From positions 1-61,237 of the forward strand of contig CAZSIC010000005.1 of NCBI GenBank assembly GCA_964606845.1: a stretch of 61,237 nt of DNA, given 5' to 3'. This stretch comes from an uncultured Bacteroidales bacterium (GTDB taxonomy: Bacteria; Bacteroidota; Bacteroidia; Bacteroidales; UBA12077). The position numbers and the translations under genes are program-made. This document shows, piece after piece, positions 16,648 to 26,664 of the stretch (position 1 is the first letter of the stretch; each line of letters starts with the position of its first letter). A model generated the notes under the pieces. The model made no database searches. It was not told where the DNA came from and saw only the letters and a list, made by a program, of their open reading frames with translations.

Positions 16648-17661
16648 ATGTTTGAAATAAAAGAAAATTTTACGTTAAAAAAATATAATACCTTTGGTAT
16701 TGATGTAAAAACCCAATATTTTTCAATTTGTTCACTCATTGATGAATTAAAGGAATCTATTACCATACAGAAAAAAAAGAACCTACCCTTAATGATTCTG
16801 GGAGGAGGAAGTAATGTTTTATTTACAGAAAATTTTCCCGGAATAGTTATACAACCTGCACTAAAAGGAGTTGAAATTGTTAATGAGAATAGCAGGGTCG
16901 TTCAATTAAAAGTTGGAGCAGGAGAGGACTGGGATGAGTTTGTACAATATTGTGTTGAAAAGGGATGGGGTGGCATTGAAAACCTTTCATTAATTCCCGG
17001 TAATGTTGGCACAAGTCCGATTCAGAATATTGGTGCTTATGGTATGGAAGTTAAGGATGTTATTACAGAAGTAGAAACACTTGAAATTGAAACCTTTAAG
17101 ATTCATCGTTTTAAAAATGCTGATTGCAAATTTGGCTATCGCGACAGTATATTTAAAAGAGCATTAAAAGGAAAACATATCATTACTCATGTTTTTTTCC
17201 GGTTAAATAAGAAACCTGAATTTATTCTGGATTATGGAAATTTAAAGGAGGAATTAAGAACATTTGATGAGATAAATCTTCAGAATATTCGGAAGGCTGT
17301 TATTGATATCCGAAATGCTAAGCTGCCGAAGCCAGAAGAAACAGGAAATGCAGGAAGTTTTTTTAAAAATCCTGTAATCGATTATAATGCTTTTGAACAA
17401 TTAAAAAAGAGTTATCCCGAAATCCCATCTTTTGTATTAGATAATAAGCTTGTAAAAATTCCTGCCGGATGGTTAATTGAAAAAGCTGGCTGGAAAGGAA
17501 AAAGAGAAGGAAATGTCGGTGTGCACGAAAAACAGGCATTAGTTTTGATTAATCTTGGTAATGCATCAGGAAAAGAGGTTGTTCAGTTAGCCTATAAAAT
17601 TCAGCAATCGGTTAAAGATATGTTTGCTATTGAATTGGAAATGGAAGTTAATGTAGTTTAA
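16648..17661 (+). CDS. murB: UDP-N-acetylenolpyruvoylglucosamine reductase
   Basis: FAD-binding 'ILGGGSNVLF', then 'AGEDWDEFV', 'GIENLSLIPGNVG.SPIQNIGAYG', 'GSFFKNP' and 'AGWLIE.AGWKG'. Confidence 0.95.
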   Translation: MFEIKENFTLKKYNTFGIDVKTQYFSICSLIDELKESITIQKKKNLPLMILGGGSNVLFTENFPGIVIQPALKGVEIVNENSRVVQLKVGAGEDWDEFVQYCVEKGWGGIENLSLIPGNVGTSPIQNIGAYGMEVKDVITEVETLEIETFKIHRFKNADCKFGYRDSIFKRALKGKHIITHVFFRLNKKPEFILDYGNLKEELRTFDEINLQNIRKAVIDIRNAKLPKPEETGNAGSFFKNPVIDYNAFEQLKKSYPEIPSFVLDNKLVKIPAGWLIEKAGWKGKREGNVGVHEKQALVLINLGNASGKEVVQLAYKIQQSVKDMFAIELEMEVNVV

Positions 17662-17707
17662 AGTTTACAGTTCACAGTTTACAGTTCATAGTTCTTAGTT
17701 AAGAACT
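17662..17707. repeat. Tandem 14-nt repeat (AGTTTACAGTTCA x2) followed by a short palindrome, between convergent genes
   Basis: Copies lie at 17662-17674 and 17676-17688. They are followed by AGTTCTTA (17690-17697) / TAAGAACT (17700-17707). Confidence 0.5.
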
Positions 17708-17713
17708 GTCATT

Positions 17714-18283
17714 TTAGTAACTGTTATAACGAACGATTTTGTCTAAAGATTTTCTTCTTTTTTCCCTTTTTTCCTTGGCAGGATAACCAATGGTAATAAT
17801 TAACGGCACTCTTTTTGAATTTGGAATATTGAGTAACTTTTTAACTTTAGGTTCATCAAACCATCCAATCATACAAGAACCCAGCCCTTCGGCTTCGGCT
17901 TGCAGGCAAATATGTTCTGCTGTAATTCCAATATCAATTAAGGGAAAATGTTTTCCTTTAATCAAACTTCCGGCATTAGAAGTAAAATTTGCCTTCTCTT
18001 CAACAATTACAATATGTATGGGTGCCTGTTTTGTAAAATGATTCATTCCCAGTATTTTACTCGAAGTACAATCAGCAATTTTATATTTTAATTCCTGATC
18101 GTTAATAATAATAAACTTCCAGGGTTGAGCATTACATGCCGAAGGAGCAAGCCTTCCGGCTTCCAATATCCTGTGTAATTTCTCTTTTTCTACTGGTTTA
18201 GTTAGATATGATCGGTCACTTTGTCTGTTTCTAATTACTTTTAAAAAATCTTTACTGTTGGTCATGGTTATTTTTTTCTGCAA
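17714..18283 (-). CDS. Nitroreductase-family (FMN) oxidoreductase
   Basis: 'RQSDRSY...GRLAPSACNAQPWKFIII'. An alternative start at 18265 ('MTNSKD') would reduce the overlap with the upstream gene to 14 nt. Confidence 0.85.
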   Translation of the reverse strand: MQKKITMTNSKDFLKVIRNRQSDRSYLTKPVEKEKLHRILEAGRLAPSACNAQPWKFIIINDQELKYKIADCTSSKILGMNHFTKQAPIHIVIVEEKANFTSNAGSLIKGKHFPLIDIGITAEHICLQAEAEGLGSCMIGWFDEPKVKKLLNIPNSKRVPLIITIGYPAKEKREKRRKSLDKIVRYNSY

Positions 18284-18959
18284 TATTTTTTAATTCATCT
18301 GATTCAAAAATATTTTTACCAATTTCTGAAAAATATTTTTGTTGATTTACTATTTGAATCATAGCTTTAGCTACTGTTTGAGCGTGTATTCCCTGGTATT
18401 TTTTTAACCTACCGATAAGCAAAAATGCAAAAATTTTCATTAAAATTTTTCCAATTGTTTCTGCCGGCCGCGATTCGTTCCTGTTTCCTAACAACATTGA
18501 TGGACGTACAAGTGCCTGGTAAGGAAAATCCATGTTCATAATTTCTTGTTCCATGAATCCTTTCGTGCGCAGGTAATAGTTTGAACTTTTTGCGTTTGCC
18601 CCAATGGATGAAATGGCAATAAATGTTTCGCATTGATTATTTTGACAAATGCGAGCAATCTGAACCGGTAAATCATGATCAATGGCAAAAAAGTTATCTT
18701 TAGATCCAGCCTTTTTCAAGGTTGTTCCTAAACAGCAGAAAACATCATCGGCTTTAAACTCATGAGCGTACTCATTTAACTGGTTAAAATCAATCAGATG
18801 TTCTTCTAATTGTGGATTATTGTAATTTTGTGATTTGCGGTTAAAAACCTTTATTTTTTGGTAATGACTCTCCTTTGTTAATTCATTTACAAGGTACGAT
18901 CCAGTTAAACCGGTAGCTCCGAAAACTAATGCTGTTTTTTGCATAATGATTATTTTCAT
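18252..18959 (-). CDS. NAD(P)H-binding, atypical SDR-like oxidoreductase
   Basis: Rossmann motif 'ALVFGATGLTGSYLV'. The start may be the internal Met at 18944. Confidence 0.8.
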   Translation of the reverse strand: MKIIIMQKTALVFGATGLTGSYLVNELTKESHYQKIKVFNRKSQNYNNPQLEEHLIDFNQLNEYAHEFKADDVFCCLGTTLKKAGSKDNFFAIDHDLPVQIARICQNNQCETFIAISSIGANAKSSNYYLRTKGFMEQEIMNMDFPYQALVRPSMLLGNRNESRPAETIGKILMKIFAFLLIGRLKKYQGIHAQTVAKAMIQIVNQQKYFSEIGKNIFESDELKNIAEKNNHDQQ

Positions 18960-19013
18960 GCAATTTAACGAATATTACCTGATTAATTTATAAATTTTAT
19001 GAATTTATCTTTT

Positions 19014-19049
19014 AACAAAAAAATCTCCAATTATAGTGGAGATTTTTTT
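19014..19049 (-). terminator. Rho-independent terminator downstream of ggt
   Basis: 7-bp stem ATCTCCA (19023-19029) / TGGAGAT (19037-19043), flanked by an A-run and a T-run. Confidence 0.65.
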
Positions 19050-19070
19050 GAAATAAGATTTTATTATTTT

Positions 19071-20762
19071 TTAATAACCTGCTGCCTGCCCGTCTTTACG
19101 AGATTCTGAGGCTCCGTAATACACACCATTTTTTTCATCGTACATAATGGCTTGATATCCTCCATATCCGCCAATATCAAAAATGATTTTGTGTCCTTTT
19201 TTAGCAAGTTCGCGTATAACTTCGTAATCAATTCCTGTTTCGAGATGCAATGTCCCTCCATCATTCATTTGTTCGCCTGTAGGTTGTGAACTGCCTCCAT
19301 GTCTTATTCTTGGTGCATCACCGGCTTCCTGCAGATTCATACCAAAATCGATCATATTAATCACAATTTGTGCATGTCCTTGCGGTTGCATAGAACCGCC
19401 CATGACTCCAAAGCTCATAAATGGTTTACCGTCTTTGGTAACAAAAGCAGGAATAATGGTATGAAAAGGCCTTTTTCCTGGTTCGTAACAATTCATGTGG
19501 TTTTTATCAAGGCTAAATAATTCTCCTCGATCTTGTAGAATAAATCCTAAACCTTTAGGTGTCATTCCCGAACCCATTCCGCGGTAATTACTTTGTATTA
19601 GCGAAACCATATTTCCATCTTTATCTGCAACGGTTAAATATATGGTATTTCCTTGTTCCAGTTCACCTGCAGGATAGTTTCTTGCAGCCCGGTTTGGATT
19701 GATTAGCTCTCGACGTTCATTTGCGTATTCTTTTGAAATTAACTGCTCTACAGGGATATCATTAAAGTCCATATCAGAATAGTATTTGGCTCGGTCTTCG
19801 AAAGCTAGTTTTTTAGCTTCGGTAAACGTATGAATATATTCGGTACTTCCAAATCCCATAGATGCAATATTGTATCCTTCGAGAATGTTTAAAATTTGTA
19901 ATGCTGCTGTTCCCTGTCCGTTGGGAGGTAACTCCCATACATCATAACCACGGTAGTTAGCAGAAATAGGTTCTATCCATTCTGAAGTATGACTTGCTAA
20001 ATCTTCGTATGATAAGAATCCGCCTTGCTCTTTGATATACCGGTCAATTTCCTTAGCTATTGAGCCTTTGTAAAATTCGTCTCTTCCATTTTTAGCAATT
20101 TTTTCCAATGTATTAGCCAGGTATGGGTTTTTAAATATTTCACCTTTTTTTGGAGCTTCTCCATCAATGGTAAATGTTTCGGCAAAGTTTGGGTAACGAC
20201 TTAAAAAAGAAGCACTGCGGCCCCAGTAATACGCAATCAATTCACTTACAGGAAATCCTTCGCGGGCATAATCAATGGCCGGTTGAAGAATTTCTGTCAT
20301 TTCCATGGAACCAAATCTTTTGTGCATTTCGAACCATCCATCAACACAACCGGGAACAGAAACAGGAAGAGGTCCATAAGCAGGAATTTTCTCATATCCA
20401 TTTTCGATAAAATAATCAAGGGTTAGTGATTTGGGTGAACGTCCACTGCCATTTAGTCCATAAAGTTTTTGGGTTTTAGCGTCCCATATAATGGCAAAAA
20501 TATCGCCACCCATTCCGTTACCTGTTGGCTCCATTAAGCCCAGGGTTGCGTTGGCTGCTATTGCTGCATCGATAGCGTTTCCACCATTTTTTAGAATATC
20601 TAATGCTACTTGAGTTGCTAAAGGTTGGCTTGTTGCTGCCATTCCATGTTTAGCTATAACTTCAGACCGGGTAGCAAATGTTTTTCCGGTAATTCGGTCT
20701 TGTGCACACATAAAATTGATGCTTAAAAAAGTTACAATAAGTGTTAAAAAGAGTTTTTTCAT
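19071..20762 (-). CDS. ggt: Gamma-glutamyltransferase
   Basis: Signal peptide, then 'EPTGNGMGGD.FAIIWD'. The autoprocessing region is 'QGNTIYLTVADKDGNMVSLIQSNY', followed by 'MGGSMQPQGH'. Confidence 0.95.
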   Translation of the reverse strand: MKKLFLTLIVTFLSINFMCAQDRITGKTFATRSEVIAKHGMAATSQPLATQVALDILKNGGNAIDAAIAANATLGLMEPTGNGMGGDIFAIIWDAKTQKLYGLNGSGRSPKSLTLDYFIENGYEKIPAYGPLPVSVPGCVDGWFEMHKRFGSMEMTEILQPAIDYAREGFPVSELIAYYWGRSASFLSRYPNFAETFTIDGEAPKKGEIFKNPYLANTLEKIAKNGRDEFYKGSIAKEIDRYIKEQGGFLSYEDLASHTSEWIEPISANYRGYDVWELPPNGQGTAALQILNILEGYNIASMGFGSTEYIHTFTEAKKLAFEDRAKYYSDMDFNDIPVEQLISKEYANERRELINPNRAARNYPAGELEQGNTIYLTVADKDGNMVSLIQSNYRGMGSGMTPKGLGFILQDRGELFSLDKNHMNCYEPGKRPFHTIIPAFVTKDGKPFMSFGVMGGSMQPQGHAQIVINMIDFGMNLQEAGDAPRIRHGGSSQPTGEQMNDGGTLHLETGIDYEVIRELAKKGHKIIFDIGGYGGYQAIMYDEKNGVYYGASESRKDGQAAGY

Positions 20763-20916
20763 GATAATAAGTTGATTTTTAAGTTACAAAACTTTGACAA
20801 GTTAATAAAACAAAAGTTTAATTGCCAATGGAATCAGGGGTTTTACAATTTATGGTTAAATATGTATAATAGGTAATTAGATTTCATAAATAATTCAGTA
20901 AAAAAAACATTGCTGA

Positions 20917-22473
20917 TTATGCACTATTACTAATTTTTCGTTGTACTTTTTCCTGGATAATATCCTGAATGGGCCTGTTTTCGATTTTGCTTTCGAGCCA
21001 TGAAATAATATCAAAATAAATAAACGGTCGGCGGTCGTAAAATTTTTCATTTAACGGTAAAAGTTGTTCTCGCAGTTCTTTAAATGCATCAATAAGCTGA
21101 TCCTGAGTAATTGAGCTTAATTTACGTAAAAATTTCATGATGATTTTCTGAAACAGGTGCAGATCGTTTTTCTTAATTAAAAACCGATAGGTTGAACGAA
21201 TATAATAATCAATTAAATCGATGTTGCCCAGTTCGTAATGGCTTATTAAGTTTAATATTCTAGCAAAGCTATGAATATCAGAACGTAAATCCACATCTTT
21301 CATATTAATGATTTTGTTTAGCCAAAAAATCACTTGATGATAATCGGCGGCACCAAAATACATACAGGCAAATTTGTAATAAAAAATGATGATGTAATGC
21401 GTATCTAGCATATCTTCAAAATCTTCGAGGCTTTTGGAAATTTCTGGTATAACTTTTACTCCTTCGGTAAATTCTCCGATCATAAAATACCGATTTATCC
21501 TGTGTGTAGATGAGTATTTGAAAAGAAGCAGGCGGATATTATCGGTTAATTTTAAATCAGGAATATTTTTTATGGATTCGAGCTTTTGAATCGTATTTTT
21601 AAATTCGTCGTATTTATGAAGCTTCGATTCCGATACCAAAAGGTTATTGATTGCTCTGATGTAAGTTTCTATTTTAGGTATAATATATTCAGAATGATTT
21701 TCAAAAAGGGCCACCCATTTTTTTGCGTATTCATATCCACGGTCAAAATCCTGAATAAAGAAATAATAACCTACAAATGAATTGTAGAGATACATTTTTT
21801 CATCAAACGAAAGCTGATCTTCCTGAAAAACCGGTAGCGTTGAATATAAAAAGCTATTTACCAGTTCAAAATCTTTGTGATTTCTGAGAAATCCTATTTT
21901 TAAATAAAATGAATATAGTTTAATGGTTAAATTGGAAAAGGTATTGATATTTGAAATTTTCTCGGTTAGCTCATCCGATGCTTTGATCAGTTTACTAACC
22001 TTATCTTCAATATTGCTGCGAATAAATTTAGTCACCAGCCGCTTTTCAAATTCCATGATTTCGAGTTGTAGTACGTTCCTATCATACTTTTCAGCGCTCT
22101 GCTTAGCCTTTTCAAGCATCTTGATACATTGTTCGTAAAGGCATCTGTTATAAAGAATAACAGCATAATCAATCATTTCGCGGATTTTTATGTCAATATC
22201 TTCGTTGGAATTTAAATTGCGTAAACTCTGAAGAATTTGCCGGTATAAATGAGCCTTTAAATTCGATAATTGTTGCGGTTTTATCGAATCATCTTTTTTT
22301 AAAACTTTGGATTCATCATAATCTTTTTGTTTATCTATTAAATCGAAAAGTCTTATGAACTTTGCATTATCTATGCTCTTCGAACGATTTGCATGTAACT
22401 TAAAATACCTTTTTTCTGATTTTGTCAGAGATTTTATGAGTTGAAATAACGGGTCAGCATTTTTGTTGGGCAT
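20917..22473 (-). CDS. Hypothetical all-alpha (TPR-like) protein, 518 aa
   Basis: Long uninterrupted ORF with coding-like composition. I recognise no catalytic motif. Confidence 0.7.
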   Translation of the reverse strand: MPNKNADPLFQLIKSLTKSEKRYFKLHANRSKSIDNAKFIRLFDLIDKQKDYDESKVLKKDDSIKPQQLSNLKAHLYRQILQSLRNLNSNEDIDIKIREMIDYAVILYNRCLYEQCIKMLEKAKQSAEKYDRNVLQLEIMEFEKRLVTKFIRSNIEDKVSKLIKASDELTEKISNINTFSNLTIKLYSFYLKIGFLRNHKDFELVNSFLYSTLPVFQEDQLSFDEKMYLYNSFVGYYFFIQDFDRGYEYAKKWVALFENHSEYIIPKIETYIRAINNLLVSESKLHKYDEFKNTIQKLESIKNIPDLKLTDNIRLLLFKYSSTHRINRYFMIGEFTEGVKVIPEISKSLEDFEDMLDTHYIIIFYYKFACMYFGAADYHQVIFWLNKIINMKDVDLRSDIHSFARILNLISHYELGNIDLIDYYIRSTYRFLIKKNDLHLFQKIIMKFLRKLSSITQDQLIDAFKELREQLLPLNEKFYDRRPFIYFDIISWLESKIENRPIQDIIQEKVQRKISNSA

Positions 22474-22704
22474 TGTAAAATAGTTTTAATAAAACAAAAG
22501 TTTTAGGTATTGATTGATAATGTATTATACTGTTCTTTAATTGATGTTTACATCAATAGATGTCGTAAATTTTAAAAATATTTGTTTTTAGTCTATATCA
22601 ACAAAAAATACATTTGGCATGAATAAAATTTACATTACAGGTATAACAAATGTAATTAAAATTTGTAAAAAGAAAACTTAATCATTTTCTAAAAGCTTAA
22701 CATT

Positions 22705-23220
22705 ATGAATTTTGGTAAAATATCAACCTTTACATCAGGAGTTTTGGCTTTAGCCAATCAAAGAATTAATGATCTTGAAATTGACTTTATTCAGGCAGCG
22801 CCTAAAAATAATATCGAAAATATTATTGTATTAAATATCAATTCAGATATTACTGATTGTGATTATTTATTAAATACAATTTTTAACATGGGATTTAGGG
22901 TCATTATTTCCGATTCTATTTCAGAGCTGTTTGCAGCTAAAGCATTAAATCACGGAATTATAGCCATTGAGGTTTCTAATAAATTTTTAGATAAAATCAT
23001 CCGGTTAAGTAAAAAATTACCTGCTAAACTTTTTGTAGATTTAAAAGGACAGGAGATAATGATTGTAAATTCCGGCGAAAAAGAATTTTTTAAAATGAGC
23101 GATTATCGCAGGCAATGTTACGAAGAAGGTAAAGATGATGTAGAATACTTATATGATGTATGGGATAATATCGAGCATTCAACAAAAATGGATGAATCAA
23201 TCGATTATGCCATTGAATAA
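22705..23220 (+). CDS. LeuD-like (aconitase swivel-domain) protein with degenerate signature
   Basis: 'GFRVIISDSISELFAAKALNHGIIAIEV' aligns with 'G...VIA.SFA.IF..N..N.GL.PI' of LeuD/HacB small subunits. The 'GxNFGCGSSRE' motif is replaced by 'LNINSDITDCDY'. No large-subunit gene is nearby. Confidence 0.45.
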   Translation: MNFGKISTFTSGVLALANQRINDLEIDFIQAAPKNNIENIIVLNINSDITDCDYLLNTIFNMGFRVIISDSISELFAAKALNHGIIAIEVSNKFLDKIIRLSKKLPAKLFVDLKGQEIMIVNSGEKEFFKMSDYRRQCYEEGKDDVEYLYDVWDNIEHSTKMDESIDYAIE

Positions 23221-23247
23221 AATAGATAGAAATCTAGGGGTTAAGAG

Positions 23248-23272
23248 AGCCAGCTTTAAGCTGGCTTTTTTT
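23248..23272. terminator. Rho-independent terminator between convergent genes
   Basis: 7-bp stem AGCCAGC (23248-23254) / GCTGGCT (23260-23266), followed by a T7 run. Confidence 0.7.
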
Positions 23273-23275
23273 AAT

Positions 23276-24139
23276 TTAAAAAAGTGTAATAAACAGTACC
23301 CCTAAAATCATAATAATTGCACCCAAGGATCTTTCTTTTAACCCTTTTTCTTTAAATAATACTGAGCCAAATAATACACTCATTAAAGCGCTGGTTCTTT
23401 TTATGGAGATGAGATATGCAACAAGTGTCAGGCTTATTGATATCATATGGAAAACAATCATTAAACCATGAAAAACTCCAACAGGGACTAATGTTTTTAA
23501 ATTTTTTGGAATTTGCTTAATATTTTTTCTTGAGTAGATAAAAATAAATGGAGTAATTCCAATCGTAATAAAAAGGTTTATAATCACGCCCCAAAACAGT
23601 GGCGATGAATTTTGTAAACCAACTTTATCAAAATTAGATGTAATACTCCATAAAAAAGCTACAAGCAACATTAACCGGGCACCTTTGTTGTTAACCAGTG
23701 CTTTAAAAGGAGCTAAGAACCCATTATTTCTTTCTTTAATATTTAAAATATATGATCCAAAAACAATTAGTAATATCCCAATAAGCCCATAAATAGTAGG
23801 AAATTCGTTTACAATAAGGGGTGAGGTAATTAATAAAAAAAGCGGTGTAAATGTTGTTAAAGGGACTACAATGGATAAGTCGGCAAGTTTAATGGCTTTT
23901 AAATAAAAAATTGATGTGGCAATATTTAAGGTTCCGCTAACAAAAAGCGCTATCCAAAAATTTGGACCAATCGGTGGAATTTCAATAAATAGCAATATAG
24001 GCAACAAAAAAGGTAGAGAAAAGAAATTTAAAGCCCAGGCTACAATATATTCATCCATATTTTTTAGCCCAAATTTTCCGGCAACATCGGTAAGCGAACG
24101 AAAAAGTGCTGTGAGAACTGCAAAAAATATCCAACTCAT
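23276..24139 (-). CDS. EamA/DMT-superfamily transporter (10 TM)
   Basis: Two EamA-like halves. The protein is highly hydrophobic, with about 10 predicted helices. Confidence 0.85.
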   Translation of the reverse strand: MSWIFFAVLTALFRSLTDVAGKFGLKNMDEYIVAWALNFFSLPFLLPILLFIEIPPIGPNFWIALFVSGTLNIATSIFYLKAIKLADLSIVVPLTTFTPLFLLITSPLIVNEFPTIYGLIGILLIVFGSYILNIKERNNGFLAPFKALVNNKGARLMLLVAFLWSITSNFDKVGLQNSSPLFWGVIINLFITIGITPFIFIYSRKNIKQIPKNLKTLVPVGVFHGLMIVFHMISISLTLVAYLISIKRTSALMSVLFGSVLFKEKGLKERSLGAIIMILGVLFITLF

Positions 24140-24189
24140 GCTTCAATTTTTCAATTTAAATGGCAAAGATGCATGATTTGGGTTTAACT

Positions 24190-24828
24190 TCAAAATGTCA
24201 ACACTAGAGATAGCTGTGGTGTATTCGTTTTTTGGTCTAGTTTAAATGTAAACTGAAGAGCCGCCTCATTTCCTAATACTGCATGGTTATAATCATGCAG
24301 CGCCCTAAAAAGATATGTTTTGGATAAAACATGGTAAGTAAAAGACCCGGTAATAAATACAAGAATTGCAGTAGGTAAATAGGCTGTTTGTTCTTCACGA
24401 TAAATACTATCGTCAATAGCTTCATTACCCGTACTTGCGACATCTCCTTTATCTTCATAATGCTTATATGCGAGTAAAGGAGCAATAACCCACATTTGGG
24501 CAATTCCTGCGGCACGGGTAAAAGAATAAATACGAATATTTTGATATGCCATAGAATCCGGTTTGGCCAGAGTCTTTACATTTTTGCCAAACATACCAAC
24601 ATCCTGCCAGGTTTCACCTTTATCGGGCGAAAATTTATGATCGACAAAGAAAAAAGGTGTTAAGGTAATCCAGTAGGTTTTACTTTTATAAAATAGAGAA
24701 TCTATGCTTTTTTCTCCTACATTTAAAGGAATTTGTGCTTGTGAATAATTTGCGGCCAGCAAAAAAACAAAAATTGGAATGATGATTTTCTTTATCATAA
24801 AACTCCTTGTTTTTATTTTATTATACAT
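24190..24828 (-). CDS. Hypothetical exported/membrane protein
   Basis: Signal peptide ending 'YSQAQ' (likely start at the internal Met, 24798). No family recognised. Confidence 0.6.
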   Translation of the reverse strand: MYNKIKTRSFMIKKIIIPIFVFLLAANYSQAQIPLNVGEKSIDSLFYKSKTYWITLTPFFFVDHKFSPDKGETWQDVGMFGKNVKTLAKPDSMAYQNIRIYSFTRAAGIAQMWVIAPLLAYKHYEDKGDVASTGNEAIDDSIYREEQTAYLPTAILVFITGSFTYHVLSKTYLFRALHDYNHAVLGNEAALQFTFKLDQKTNTPQLSLVLTF

Positions 24829-24952
24829 AAAATTATGATAATGGTTTTAAATAAAACAACTTTTTTTATTTTTTTATTGCTCTTGATAATGTTTGTTAAA
24901 CTTTAAAAACATTCTATCGTCCAAAATAAAGATATAACCCTTAACAGATATT

Positions 24953-26449
24953 ATGATGAATAAAAAAATAACGTTAACCTTTTTGTTGATACTTGGATTT
25001 TTTTCAATAAAAAGTCAAGACTTTCATTCAGGTCAATTACCTGAAACTTTTCATACTATTTCCAGCCATGATATGTTGGATTATGCTAAAAAACTTTCGT
25101 CCGAGGAATTTAAAGGAAGATTATCAGGATCGCCTGAGTTTTTGGAATCTGCACAGTGGGTAGCTTCTAAATTTAAAGAATGGGATGTTAACTCTATGGG
25201 GGATAACGATACTTATTTTCAGTATTTTGATAATCCATATACTGAGATTTATACCAGTGGCTCGGTAATGTATTCTTTTGAAGATGAAAGTGGGAAACAG
25301 GTTGTTAATAATTATCATTTTCCTGAAGATTATTTTCCGGGGCAAAATTCTGGTTCAGGAACGATAGAGTCTGAACTGGTTTATGTGGGTTATGGAATTA
25401 CCGCACACGAATTAGGATATGATGATTATGCCGGTGTTGATGTAAAAGGTAAAATTATTGTTATGGAATCGGGCTTGCCGGTTGGAAGGAATAATCCTGA
25501 CATCGAAAAATGGGTTCCTTATGATTATCATCAATATAAATTTAAAAATGCAGTGGAACATGGCGCTATTGGATGGCTATATATTAATAAACTGGCAAAT
25601 CCCAATACATCGTATCACGAGGAAATTGTTTATGCTCATATTGGAGATGAAGTAGCCAATGATATTTTTAAGGCATCGGGTAAAGATTATAAGCAGATTA
25701 AAGAAAATATCAATAAAAATTTAGAACCCAATTCGTTCGTTTTAGAAGGTAAAGCAAATATAGCAGCAGAAACGAAGCGTTTTGAGGACTCAAAATCATG
25801 CAATGTTATTGGTTTTATCGAAGGTTCTGATCCAGAGTTGAAGAATGAAGTTATTATTGTAGGAGCACACTTAGATGGTGTTGGAAGTCCCGGGAAATTA
25901 CTGCCAGGAGCTTTAGATAATGCTTCGGGAGTTGTGAACATAATGGCTGCTGCAAAGGCTTTAGCACAATCTGAAGTAAAGCCGAAGCGTTCTATCATGT
26001 TTATTTTGTTTGGTGGCGAAGAATGTGGCCTTGTAGGAAGCACTTATTATGTCAATCATCCTAAAGTGCAAAAAGAAAATGTTATTTGTATGATTAACCT
26101 TGATATGGTGGGCAACGGAACTGGTTTATCTTTGTGGGGAGGAGCATCTTTCCCTGAGATTACCAAACATTTTATCCATGCGAATGATCAATATATTCAC
26201 CGGAGTATGAGAACTTCAGAAGCCCGGCCGGTAACCACAAGGCCAAGAACTGACGGAGCGGTATTTACCATGAATGGTTATCAATCGTTTGCTGTAGGAA
26301 CTACCAACCGTGTTAAACCGGTTTATTACCATCATCCATTGGATAATGTTGAATCTTTAACTCCCGAAATTATGGAAGATGCAGCTAAATTGTTGTATTT
26401 AGGATTGCTTGGGGTGGCAAATGATGATAACCTGCAATCTGACAAATAA
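24953..26449 (+). CDS. M28-family aminopeptidase with PA domain
   Basis: Signal peptide. Zinc-ligand regions are 'VIIVGAHLDGVG', 'PGALDNASGV' and 'FGGEECGLVGS'. 'NLDMVG' is also present. Confidence 0.9.
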   Translation: MMNKKITLTFLLILGFFSIKSQDFHSGQLPETFHTISSHDMLDYAKKLSSEEFKGRLSGSPEFLESAQWVASKFKEWDVNSMGDNDTYFQYFDNPYTEIYTSGSVMYSFEDESGKQVVNNYHFPEDYFPGQNSGSGTIESELVYVGYGITAHELGYDDYAGVDVKGKIIVMESGLPVGRNNPDIEKWVPYDYHQYKFKNAVEHGAIGWLYINKLANPNTSYHEEIVYAHIGDEVANDIFKASGKDYKQIKENINKNLEPNSFVLEGKANIAAETKRFEDSKSCNVIGFIEGSDPELKNEVIIVGAHLDGVGSPGKLLPGALDNASGVVNIMAAAKALAQSEVKPKRSIMFILFGGEECGLVGSTYYVNHPKVQKENVICMINLDMVGNGTGLSLWGGASFPEITKHFIHANDQYIHRSMRTSEARPVTTRPRTDGAVFTMNGYQSFAVGTTNRVKPVYYHHPLDNVESLTPEIMEDAAKLLYLGLLGVANDDNLQSDK

Positions 26450-26499
26450 TTTTAAAAAGTTTAGCGCACATTTCTGTGCGATTAAGTTTAAGATCATAC

Positions 26500-26664
26500 A
26501 GAAGCTGTCCAAAAAGTATTTGTGGTACTTTGTGATTCCTTTGAGTGACTTTGTGGTAAAATTACAAAACATTGTTACACAAAGCTTCACGAAGAAGACA
26601 CTAAGTTTTGCGAATTAAAAAAATAATCAATTTACAAGTTTTTAATACTTTTTGGACAGCTTCT
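26500..26664. repeat. 165-bp element bounded by perfect 21-bp inverted repeats (MITE-like element, structured RNA or long bidirectional terminator)
   Basis: AGAAGCTGTCCAAAAAGTATT (26500-26520) is the exact reverse complement of 26644-26664. The interior holds a nested imperfect hairpin, CTTTGTGGTAA (26549-26559) / TTACACAAAG (26575-26584). Confidence 0.6.

Noticed and set aside
26399-26618. Two small ORFs (63 and 69 aa) overlapping the inverted-repeat element
   Set aside because: They run on opposite strands through a palindromic element, which automatically creates mirrored ORFs. One overlaps the end of the M28 peptidase gene. Neither has protein-like features.
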